A stretch of 64,000 nucleotides of DNA, taken from contig DF237059.1 in assembly GCA_000708835.1 (NCBI GenBank), positions 124,001 through 188,000 of the forward strand. Reading direction: 5' to 3'. Source of the DNA: Klebsormidium nitens (taxonomy: Eukaryota; Plantae; Klebsormidiophyceae). Position 1 is the stretch's first letter; each line of letters opens with the position of its first letter. The position numbers and the translations under genes were made by a program. The notes under the pieces were generated by a model. It ran no database searches. It was not told where the DNA came from and worked only from the letters and a program-made list of their open reading frames with translations. Below are positions 1-11,318 of this stretch, piece after piece.

Positions 1-538
1 GTGACTGCGAGGACATGATGAGCCGAAAGCAGAATGGACTTCAATCACTGTAAACACTGTAAACAGCCTGTCATGTGAACCATAATCAGCTTCTACTAAC
101 GCTACAGGTATACAGGACCTGCCTGAATGTATGATGGTCATTCTTAAGGTGACAGCAAGCCTGTGATTCAAATCGTGGCTTTGCAATTCACAAAGAGATT
201 GATCCTTGAAAAGAGCGAGGCTCATCTGTGCGCTCAAAGGGTCAAACCCATCACCTGTTCGTTTAAACATCATCCCTAAACGGTCTCACCATACGCAAGA
301 ACCAGCAGAAGTACGAACTAGTTCAACGGCTGAACGGAATCAAAAGCGTCACAATGATTTTCAGGCAGAGTTCCAATATATAAGTGCTGACAATGTTTGT
401 TCGAAAGAACGAGTTGTTCTTTATGCAGCCGGTTCTTTGTCAGTTTCTATAAATACTTGCTTTCGCTGGTTATTCTGCTTCTTTCAATCTCTCAACGCTC
501 TGGCTCGTAGCTAGCGGCGCAATCTATCTGCTAGACTC

Positions 539-2399
539 TCAAGAAGCAGACACCCCTTGCAGTTGGAAAAAGTACGGTGCGTTGGCGTAGGTTGCTGTTC
601 CAGCCCAGGCTCCTCCTTGCACACTGGATGCGTCCCAGATCGAAGCATACCTGAAATCCAAAAATTGTTGGCCTATTCAGCGACCGAACGAAGACTATGA
701 AGTACCTCTGAAAAGAGATGTGGTAGGACTCACTTCTTCGCGGACTTATGATCTGGTATGAAGATCACACGGAGTACTGACGCGATGGCGAGACTGACAA
801 CTAATTGGACAAAATCTCTTCGATCAACTTACAAGTAGCTAGGCTTGGTGGGGAATGGTGAGCTGCCGTCATTGTTCGCAGTGCGCATAAGCTTGCCGTC
901 GATGAACCATCTGCAAAAGAGACTTCTGTGATTGAGTTGAGAATTTTGGGAGAACCAACAGAAGTGACGCATTTCAAGCGGGCAATCAAGCCGTTCTTTC
1001 TTTCGCTCATTTTGAGGGCGCAGGGGTAAGGAAACAAGCGTCCAGCGTGACAATTTCTCTATAAAAACCGTACATTCGACATTGTTTTCAAGAGGCGAAG
1101 GGCATGGCAGCACCTTTTTAATAGTTCGCTACTCCTTTATGGTACCACTTTTCGACGGACCACTTACTCGATGCTTGAGCTCGTCCACTGAATTGTGTAT
1201 TTGTGGAAGGCAGATCGGCAGTCAAAACCAAGGGAGATCAATTCCTCACGTCCGCCCTATAGTTCATCCCAAGAGAAGAAAACGTTTCGGCGATGGAGTC
1301 TCAGATGCGATCGAACAGGAAGAAATGCATTGCTCATCATGATCGACATGATCTATTTCAAACCAGAACTGTAATGTGCATGGAAGCTGTGGAAAGAGCC
1401 GGACTACCATATGATGGAATGGAAAGCTTATCTCTGAAAGTGTCCTTACCTGACCATTCACATAGTAGTTTGTCTGAACAGCCTGAGGATTCTTTCCGAG
1501 AAACTCAAAATCAATCTCGTCCTGTATGAAAAGGAGAAAGGATATTGCTGTTATTTGTGAGGTTCAGTAACAAGATATGAGAAAGCAGGCTCGATCAGAT
1601 ATCGACCAGTACAGATATGTGACAAATCCTGGCACGGAAACAAGAAACACCTTGGCTGCACTCCTGCGAGGTATCTTTCAAATCTTTCTGATGCGTGCAG
1701 AAAGATCAAATAGCGTATTGCTTGACGTTCTTTTCACCTGGTTGCCGCTTCCCTCGAGAGAGCTTGTGTAAAACGCAGGGACGAATCCACTAATGTCACC
1801 TGCAAATCATGCGGAAGTCAACGAGCTCAGATTTGAGACCTGGTTCCAAGACTAGGATATCTGTCCAAGGTTGAGAAAGGGGCGAAAGAATCTCAAAGAA
1901 GTGCGTCGAATGATCACTTTTGATCCGACAGGTTGAAGATGAGGTCAAAGGTCATCCGTGCTCACCAGCAGGACATTTGATGTAAGCCGAAAACGTGTCG
2001 TAAGCGTACTGCTGTGGTGTCCGAATTCTTGCACCCCCGCTCCTGTCCATTTTGATAGTGACGGTGCTTCCGCTAATTGACACTTGCTGCGGGCCTGCAG
2101 GAGGAAACGTGAATCTGTAGACCGTGACCTGAGATAGACGATATAAAACATATTCGATACACGTTATCCAACAGTTGCAAGAAGAGTTCGAAGACTTTAG
2201 ACCAGATTCGTGGAGACAAGATGAAAACGAAGCAAATGATGAACAATCTTGGAAGAACGTAATAACGTATCAACTTACTGTAGTCGATCGACGAGAGGAT
2301 CGTTTGAGCCTCTGCAGAATGAACCAGGATGAGAAGAAGAAGAGCCCAGAGGGCGTAGAAGATCGGCAGGAGCTTTCTGGGGAGGATTGCAGTCGCCAT
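539..2399 (-). CDS. EG16: GH16 endo-glucanase 16 (EG16, sister group of XTH) with N-terminal signal peptide; 7 exons
   Basis: Exons 2399-2279, 2094-1966, 1799-1738, 1521-1450, 1256-1168, 910-833 and 650-539 have GT-AG junctions and join in frame. The protein has the intact catalytic motif SSLEGSGNQ-DEIDFEFLGK..VQTNYY, then GGREELISLGFDC..FHKYTIQW, WFIDGKLMR and YASIWDAS..GGAWAG. It ends without the XTH C-terminal extension. The N-terminus MATAILPRKLLPIFYALWALLLLILVHSAEA looks like a signal peptide. Confidence 0.92.
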
Positions 2400-4095
2400 C
2401 GCTTCTTCGTCAGGAACTCTTTCAGCAGGATTGTAGAAAGGGGTTAGGATGTCTGTAGACGACTTTCCGGAGCGGGTAGAGAGATGGGAAAAACAAGGGT
2501 AGAGCACGCAAGAATTCCACATCAGAAATGCTAAAAATGAATGAAGTGATTGTGCAGATGATGTGAAGATGATCCTAAAAATAGTTCGCGCCGTGTTTCC
2601 AAATGGAGAGCAAATTGAGGGAGTGGACGGGAAACACTTGGTTAGCTTGGCCAATTATCTTCCTTGCAAGACAGTTTTGCTGCTCAGCAGATACTCAGGC
2701 GGAGCAACGTAAGATATTTCAAACCGCAATCTGTCGGAATCATGTCAGAGGATGCTGACACCGTGACGTAAGAGGAGGAGCTTATTGAGGCATATGCCGT
2801 CTCGAGGTGCCGCAACACAGCACGGCACAACCCTCGATCATGATTGATGACGTCATCCTGAAACTCTGTTACAAAAAGACCATAACCGCCGCTAAACAAC
2901 GCATCACGAGAGTTAATCTGCTTAAAGAGGAGACAAGCCTTGCTCTTCTGGAGTCATCTTCTGCGAAGGCGGGGACGTACTCGTATCAACACTAAATTCG
3001 TTGAAGAAAAATCAGAAAGGTACAGAAAGGAAGCAGGTAGACTCATTTTACGAGGTATTCGACAGAACGGATTCATGTGTGATTCAATTGAGAAGGAAAA
3101 GCTTTTGAAAGAGTGCGGGCAATAATGGCACGCAGAGCAAGCTTTTTCCGTCGGTTACTCAGGTATAAGGCTTTCGTCAGAGTACACTGCTCGCTTCTGG
3201 GTCACTAAAGTCTGCACCTGTTTAAGGCCTACAGAAAACCTTAGACGCTGTCGCTCGAATGGGGACACAAATCTAAACTACATGCATCAAGTTCCTCGCT
3301 TGAGCCTGGCTCAAATTAGCGCCGGTTGTTAGCTCTAGCTTATCCTTGACCCACAGATCCGAACTTGCATCAGATCCTTCACAATTCCTAGCGCACTGTA
3401 GATTTTATTTGCGAACCCAAAGCTGACGGTGCAGCCGCTACATGGACCTCAAAGCTTTTAAGCACAAACCGTACGCACTATATAACTTAGGGAAGTTATA
3501 TTGTCTTCCTGTTTTTTGCAGGAACACTTATCTGCCTCGGCTAGCTCTGCGCCAGCATCCAAATTGCTCCGGCGCTCGTGGACGCAAGAACATGCAGCAA
3601 GGCAGCACACGCACTCATGCATGAAACGCGGCAGTCAGACAAACCGTAAGTCGATACTGCAACTGAGGCACCATGCGCGAGCTGAGCAACCGCAGAGAAA
3701 CGGGGCTGCCGGAGCTTATATGCATGAGACTCAGCAGCGCGAAGCACTCGGATTCACCAGGCCGTCAATCATTCGAACAGACCGCGGCACTTGTATGTGC
3801 AAGCGCATAGCCGCGCGGCCAGGCGTGAGATGTTCGAAGACAAATCAATTGCTGTGATTGGAGCACCATTTGCAGATGTTAACTTGGTAAATTGCGCAAG
3901 CTGCAATCACACACGCGTCGCACAGCGGGTTCACTTACTGCAGCCCTTGGCCGTGGACCTCTTTACAACTTCTGTTTTGCAGTGGCTTTAGAATGAGTAT
4001 CGTATGCTCATATTGGTACCTGTCCAATCACCTTTTGCACTCGCTTTAGATATGAATAGAATATGCTCGTATACCTGTTCAATCGCCGCTTTGTC

Positions 4096-7000
4096 CTACC
4101 ACCTACAGATCTTCTCTGAAAAGAGCTCCCTACATTCGCCCCTTGAGAAGGACTCAATGTCCTCGATCGCTTCCACTGCATAGCGAGGTACGCAGTTTAG
4201 GCTCCGCTCGACGATTCGCAGCATCCGCTGCTTATACGCCCGCCACTCCTCCGACTCCTTCCCATACCGACACAGCATCAACTCGGCTATCTCCGCCGCA
4301 TGCTGTATCGTGAACGAGAAGTACAAATTCACGCTCTCCATCGCATCTAGACACGCCAACCCCGCCCTTTCGCACGCCTCCCAATCCCCGACCAACTCGC
4401 ATACGCGCTCGAACCGCGTGTAGCACGTCATATACGACGCCCGGAGCCAGTTCCTCTCTTCCTCCGTCCGACCCACCTTCTCGATCACCGCCTCGACCGA
4501 GTCCAACCTGCTCCGGAAGAACCGGAAGGCTTCCTCCGCGGCCGCGCCCCCCTCCTCCTCCGCCCGACGCAGGACCTCCGTCGCTTCCCGGACCTCCTGC
4601 CACGTGGCCGTCGCTGATTCGAGCTCGTCTTTCCGGCTCTCTTCGAACTCGCACCGGGAGCAGCGGCACGAGAAGCGCCACAGCAGCCGGGCATCTCTCT
4701 GGCGCTTGACACGTGGCTCGGCGACGGCCATGTAGGGTTGCGTGACCTCGGCGCCTCGGGGGAGGTCCTGGACCGCGAAGACGAAGTGCGCGTCCCCGAT
4801 GACGAAGTAGGAGGCCGAGGGGAGACAGCTGTGGGTGCACCAAAAAAATCGTTGCTATATTTCAATCTCAAGCGTAGAATCTGTTTCCTTCCTATTTTGG
4901 CATGAGAAGCATGGCAGGTTGGTTGACGTCCTTCGAAGTAAGTGGGGCGGGTCGCTGATTACCTGCCCCCTTTGGTGTCAGCTATGGCAAGTTTTTTGCT
5001 GCGCGCTTTGGTACAACCTCTAGTGGGGAATAGGAAATGACGTATTTCCGGCCCAGACAGTGCTTCCGGCGGAAGCGTTCGTGCCTGATGATTTGAGAGT
5101 CCTCCAAAGTTTACGAGGTCAGCTATCTTCAAGACTGGTCAGCAAAACTGATACCAACTACCGATCTTCGGTGCTGCACTTATCTTGTGTCTGAAAGAAC
5201 GAGTGAGACAGAAGCTTTCATCGAACGTCTTGCGAACCGTGTGGACAAAACTTTGTTGCTCGCTGTTGCTTTATCGGAATCAAGATGCCTTTCACACTCA
5301 CAGAGCTTCAGAGATTGCAGTTGGTTAAAAGGCCAGTTTTCGGTGAGTAATAGTTCGAAGGATGGACTTCTGAAGCATGGTCTATAAGAGAATCAGGAGC
5401 GATGTCAATCTTCCTTATTCCGCTCAGAACGGACCACATGGCACGGCAGAAGCATCTGGACTCTACTGACAGCTAAGAACTACGACCAGTCTCTTGGAGG
5501 TTGATGGCATGCCACGCTCGCCTGTCGCACGACCAAGGTGGTAACTTGAGGAGGCACTCCGCTCGAAAAAGGCTGCCAATGACTCGAACGTGAGACTTCA
5601 GCAAGACCCGGCCATCAAGTCTCAATCAAGAATTTAGAACTGTGGTCGACCTCAAACCTTCGTCTTTCCACATGATATGCTGATTGTACAGGAACGCTGT
5701 TTCCAATCTGACGGTATTGATCAGCAATCGAATCACAAGATACTTGAGCCCGAAGAAGATCACCTGTGGTTGATGATTCCCGCCAGCGTCCATAGCCCAA
5801 CCTCGTCCATCTCCGATGGCCCCTCCTCCCCGCTTATGCCCTGCACCGCTTCCGTCGAGAACGCGTTGTACAGCTTCACCCGCTTGATGCGTTCCAAGTC
5901 TAGCTCCGTTGACACCGCGCCCTTCCCCTCACTGCCACCCTCAGGGGCCCCGCTCGCTGGTGTCAAGTTGCCTCCAAGCTCTGACTCTTCCGGTTTCGGC
6001 CTATAAGCGTTCCGTCGAAAGATATCTATGCTTGGCACCGATAGCTTTCGGTCCGTACCATCGTACATGCTCTCCACCTGCGTCCTAACCCACAGGTCAG
6101 CGCAAACCCTCTCCAAAACCATCTGCGCCACCTGCGCATCCTGCGCGCTGGTGTCAACTTCCCTCCCCGCGGCCCGCCCCTCCCTGCTTGACACCGCAAC
6201 AGCTTTGGCCGCCACGAGCAGCTCCCCCCTTTTGACGTCCCGAGTCACCGTCAAACCGCGGCCTTTTCCCACCAGGTCCGAGATCTCGACCGGGCCTATG
6301 TAGTCCGCCATGGGGGTGGGAATGCGCTGCTCGGTGTGAAAACTTTCGAGATCGAACGCCCCCTGGCTCTGCTTCTCGCAGCGCTCGATGTCTTGGAGCG
6401 CTTGATCGACTTTGGTGGCAAGGGAGGGTTTTGGAGAAGAGGCCCTGGCGGAGGCCAGGTGGGAGCGCGCCTCAGCGAAGCGCTCTAGGTGGAGGCAGGT
6501 GGTGCCGGCCCGGAACAGCGCCTCTGGGTTTGCAGGGTCGAGGTCTAGCGCAATTGAAATGGCCGCCAGAGCAGAATCTGCGCAAGTGAGGGGGATTAAA
6601 GTCAGTTGAACGGGATTGTCAGTCAAGGCCACTCGTTCTATTCTGCAGGTAGGAAAGAAAAGGCTCACCTTTCTGCAAAAGGCTCGAGAGGGGACGGCCT
6701 TTCTGAACTTCGGGCGTCTTTATGGGTCCTGACAGTGATGGCAACATGGGCAAGCTCTCTTTGAAAGAATGTTCAAATGATCTTCAATCAAATCATATGG
6801 ATGCAATGTGATCGAATGAAACACGAGGGGCAATAGGAGAGGTTTGAACAGAAGAACGGCACCGAGATAGAGACCAGACCACACACCAGGTTCGTAACAT
6901 GGCCCAACATTTGTCAATGCAAAAGTTCGGTATATCCACACCAATGTTGGCCGTATCACTCGTTCGTTTCCTAGCTCAGTGATCAGCCCTGGCAACTGCT

Positions 7001-7941
7001 GCACCCACCAATTCTAACCTCAAAATCATGATCTCACCGTAACTAGTCTGAGCACACAACGCCTCCGCCAGCCCCAGCAGCGCCGTCACTTTGTCCCCCC
7101 GCTCTGCTCCCCGGCCAACGCACTCGCCAAAGTACTCTGCTGCGCTTTTGGCACTTCCAAGTTCCAACAGTTTCCACCCCCTCCTCAGAAGCGCCTCTAC
7201 AGAAAGCTCCTCCAAGCTCTCTAGCCCCTCTGGTTTCCTTAACCCCTGGTTTAACCCCTGGCTAACCTTGTTGGCTTTCCCCGTTTTGCCTGCCCCATTG
7301 GGCTTACTCTTCTTCTTCTTTAGCTTTGTCTTCTTCTGCGGCAACGATTCCCCAGAGGCTGCCGCCCAGATCTCCGCAACGTTCTTCTTCTTCTTTCTTC
7401 TCAGAGGGCCCCTTGGTGCCCCATTTTCCTCCCAGCTTTCTGCCGACACTTCAACCTCTTCTAAGCTGGGGACATTATCCACCCCTTCCGTTTCAGCCAG
7501 AACACTCAAACCCGCATCAGATTCAGAGGCCAATCCTGCGGATGCACCGGTCAGACTTGCAGCTCTGCAGATTCCCAACGGTACTGCCCGACCAAACGCT
7601 GGCAACGAATGGTCTATACCAGCACGCCTGAACCCAGAAATCAATGGCGCCTGGTAGCCAAGGTCAGTCTTCTCTCCAACAAATCTCACTTTTCTACCCC
7701 CTATGCAATCTCCCAAGTGACTGCGGACCGACTTTTGCAAGTAATTGTTAGTACCCCCTGTCCGGTTGGTTGCCGACTTCAGCGGATTCCTTATTTGGCA
7801 GCTAGCAACGTAGTTGCTGTGACTCAAGAAGCCTTTGGAAAGGCTTTGCGTGCATCCCTTGAGGCTTGTGTTTGTTGAGGAAAACTGAGGTTTGAGTAAC
7901 GTGTGGCAAGAATCTGATGGCCTCAGAAGCTTCACCGCCAT
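4096..7941 (-). CDS. TPR + SET-domain lysine methyltransferase (SMYD-like SET with post-SET CxCxxC); 3 exons
   Basis: Exons about 7941-7038, 6577-5764 and 4828-4096. TPR-like helices (AAEYFGECV..; ALDLDPANPEALFRAGTTCLHLERFAEA), SET N-part GKGRGLTVTRDVKRGELL, NHSC motif split by intron 2 (IINHS|CLP), then GAEVTQPY and post-SET RFSCRCSRC. The N-terminus is low complexity and Lys-rich. The start codon is uncertain. Confidence 0.88.
5669..5737 (-). pseudogene. Isolated fragment of a C5 cytosine DNA methyltransferase (motif X) inside intron 2 of the SET gene
   Basis: Minus-strand translation CDSIADQYRQIGNSVPVQSAYHV matches the C-terminal motif X consensus of C5-MTases (GS...YRQIGN[AS]VP..LA). No other MTase motif (I, IV, VI, VIII) was found nearby. 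Confidence 0.7.
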
Positions 7942-8720
7942 GGCGTAGCGTCTGAACGAAAACCAGAGAAGCAATTGTCACGAACGAGGGCCCCTCACGA
8001 CCTCTGCAGGGCTAAGGACAAATGCCTCCTGCAAACGACGTCCATTGGCATTGGCATTGTGTAAGCTTTCCAAAACGATGACAAATGCCAACGCAATTGC
8101 TGGACCGCTCTCTCGATCAGACTAACAATACTAGTCTATAGCCTTGGTGAGCGTCCGACGGCAAGGCTCGTACCACCCAAAACTATATTTCACCCAACTG
8201 ATGCATGATCTGTGTAGCCGTTGCGAAGAACGGCTTCAACGTGGTTTCTTTGCCGTCAGTGTATTCGGGGAATCCTAAGTACCCTACATTGAAGAACCGT
8301 CACTTTGAGACAACGGCGTCGGGCCGCTTGTTGAGTTCAATGGAGTATACGCCGGCGCGAGGTTGGTGCCAGTGGCAGGAGCAGAAAAGATATTCAGGAT
8401 TGAACTTTGCATTTGACAAGCTCCGTTTTCCCTTTCCCTGTCCTGCACCTCTCCTGCAGCTTTCTGCTTTCCAAGCTTTGAGATTGAATAGCGCTGCGCT
8501 GAATTGGGTGCAACACCAGCTAGACAAGACTTTGTAGCTGGACCAGGTGGCAGCTTCAAGCATGATCTTGAAAGATTGAGCTGCATTCCAGCTCCTAACC
8601 AAAATTCCAGCGGCTCCTTTGGTGCTATGAAGCGCGGCGCTGTGTCCTGGGCAAAGTCCATTCCGCAAGCTGCCGCATATCATCTTCTGTTCGATGCAAA
8701 CTCGTAGCAAATACCTGCAA

Positions 8721-10516
8721 ATGGCCGATATGCCAAAAACAGGTGCAAAGCCTGTGAAAATGAGCCTCCAGGTGAACAAGTTTGAGATCAGTGTGGGCGA
8801 CAGGGGACCCAATCCTTTTGAGCGTAAGCGGCAGTTCTTGGTTGAACAGAACTATGTGCTGCAATATGAGATTCGTGTAAAGGGCACTTTCAGAAATGGA
8901 GAGCAATATTCTGTAGATCTCTTTCCAGCTTCTCATACAGATGCTCATACGATGCCCATTAAGGGAGACATCCTTCTCGGCTCAATACATATTGTAGCAC
9001 AGACCAGTGCCATTGACCTGACTTTTAGCATGAGCAGCGATCATCTGGCCGCCTGCGATGGTCTTGAAGACTTCACTACACAGATGGACGGCACTGTGAT
9101 TCGTCTCTGGATAGATGACGAGGTCCCTTTTGTTGAGAAATATGTCACCATCTCAGAAGTCGGACTTATTCTGAAGAGGAGATTGGAAACAAGAGTAAGA
9201 AAGCGTGGTCGACATGAGTTGGACATAGATGGAATGAAAGTAGAAACAAGATTGAATATTCAATTTGCCATGCATTTGCGGCGATCTTTCTGTGAAACTG
9301 AAGGGATTCCTCCGAAAATCCCAAAAAGGCAGCAAAGCCACCTCGTCGACGCTTTAGTTGACCAAAGTGGAGATGTTCAACTTCTTGGCCAGGTAAGTTC
9401 GCCATGCTTCAGTGTTTGACTTGATCGAGCCAGCATACGATCGTCCTGGTTTCGAAGCACCGTTGACATTGCATCCTGTTCTAATGTTCCATGTTGATGA
9501 TGGTGAGCATTCAAGGACTCCAATAACTAGGCCCACTTGTCTTGAAATTTCAGTCCATACGAACGAGTTTATCTCTTGACGGATTTTTTGCCAGTATTCA
9601 CAATCAATGAGGCCATGGTGACATTCTTGGAATATTGTTCTTGCAGGATGGATCAGTCCACACAGCTCATTCGTCAATCCTAGTTGAGTCGGCTCCCTAC
9701 TTTCAGGCTTTGCTGAGCAAGAATTGGTCTGGCGAAAACACAAAAGACCTGTCCCTGCCTGTCCCTGCCACTGGAGAAACCATTAAAACCTTTTTGAAAG
9801 GCTTGTATGGGGTCCCAATCGGTTTGCAGGCACAGGTTGGGAAGAACTTTCCACAACTCGAGGTATGTAACCCATGGGCCTACGGATTGGTATTTTGATC
9901 AAGGTGACTGATGCAATGGAGACTGATTTTTGTGAGCTGACACATGCAAGCCTTATTTGAGCTCGTTTTCGATGGGCAAACTTCTTTTGGTTATGACTCT
10001 ACTCCAAGATAGCTGAGAGCTGCTTAGCGCGCGCTGGCCCCTCATATGTAGCTGGGAACCAATCTCACTAAGCAAGTGAGAAGAGCTGCTGTTTAACCAA
10101 GTTCGAACATCATTGGCAACAGCTTCATATCCTGCATCTGATCAGGTCTACTTGGACGAAAGTTATGGCGAGCACTTAATACTTTTGCATCCTCTATTTT
10201 GTGACAGGACGTTTACCGCCTAGCAGATGCTTGTGGGGCTCGTCAAATCTGCCTTCAGATTGTTCACTGCCTGGAAGTCTCGGAGGCAAATGTTTCCTGG
10301 TGGATTGACTGGTTGAAGGAGGAGCATGCGCCTGATGAGTATGAGGCCGTGAAGAAGAAAGTCTGCAGCTTCATGAAAAGTAGCTTCGCGCCCGCTGATC
10401 TCTGGGACTTCTTTGAGCCCGACACAATGCAAGCACTCTGGGAAGTTCGGCAAGGAGATTCTAGAGCTCAGAGGGCACTAGAGAAAAGTCGTGGCAAGAC
10501 CAAGGTTGCTCAATAG
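8721..10516 (+). CDS. BTB/POZ-domain protein with uncharacterised N-terminal region; at least 3 exons
   Basis: Exons about 8721-9392, 9647-9862 and 10208-10516 join in phase 0. BTB signature GDVQLLGQ|DGSVHTAHSSILVESAPYFQALLSKNWS..TFLKGLYG..E|DVYRLADACGARQIC. The start is uncertain. Confidence 0.8.
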
Positions 10517-11318
10517 ATTGGTAGTTTTCTTATCACAAAGTCACCTCGAAGCTCAGGCCCCGGATGCTATTCTGAAACCAGACCGTTTGTACTACTTGCT
10601 AGGGCTTGCCAGGATTCACAAAAGCCAGTTCGTTTGACAGATTTCGGGCCATGGATGATTGCTCCTGTGATTGGCAACTTGGACATGCGATCTGATTTAT
10701 AGTCCAGTGAGCTTGAAGTACATATCTGAATTACTTGATGGTACAAGCTAGCCGCCCATCATTGCCCATATACATAAGTTTTGTTTCCGAACTTCGAATA
10801 TGTACGAATGGTTTCAATGGCTTAAGCATGATCATCTAGCATGAGTTGTCAGCTGCGCTTTTAAACATGACGGAATTCAATGACTTGCATCGAACTCCTT
10901 CGCTCGATCGATCCGATTATGCGACGGTGATCATCTACCACGATCATCTACCATGACATCTACCATGATCCGAGCTCGATCAAAGATTGCATAAGCTGTA
11001 TGCTACTGAGTGCCAGAGTGCACTATAAGGGACTCGTTCTTGGCAAACCAACTTGGTTCTGCTCTCAGTTACTCGTGCACTTGCTTGCACAAGCTATGAT
11101 GATTCGACGAGCGCGGCGCTCAATTCAGTGTCAGCTCGTTATCGTTGGAGTCTTGGAGAGTGACAGACATCACGGTAGACAGGCTTGCTCGAGACGAGTA
11201 AACTCATGGAAGTCACCTTCAAGGTACTTGTACGTAGTAGCCAACCTGCTTTCACTTCCTGGATCCCCCTCAATCTGACTTGGTGCTTGTAAGACCAACT
11301 CTTGGCGGCGTGCGACCC

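Noticed and set aside
2690-3125. Coding-like fragments on the plus strand upstream of EG16 (..KRRQALLFWS..EKEKLLKECGQ)
   Set aside because: Interrupted by stops in all frames and no family recognised; cannot be supported beyond a possible decayed relic.
3990-4090. Degenerate 55-60-bp direct repeat just downstream of the SET stop
   Set aside because: Two short, diverged copies in a 3' UTR with no evidence of function.
4232-7657. Long alternative-frame and antisense ORFs over the SET gene (4232-4843, 4485-4871, 7091-7657)
   Set aside because: They overlap established exons in GC-rich coding DNA and have no independent motifs.
8040-8095. Imperfect 11-bp inverted repeat (TTGGCATTG..CAAATGCCAA) between the SET and BTB starts
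   Set aside because: Short and imperfect; compatible with chance.
10925-10975. Three copies of CATCTACCA
   Set aside because: A simple micro-tandem slippage repeat in intergenic or 3' DNA.
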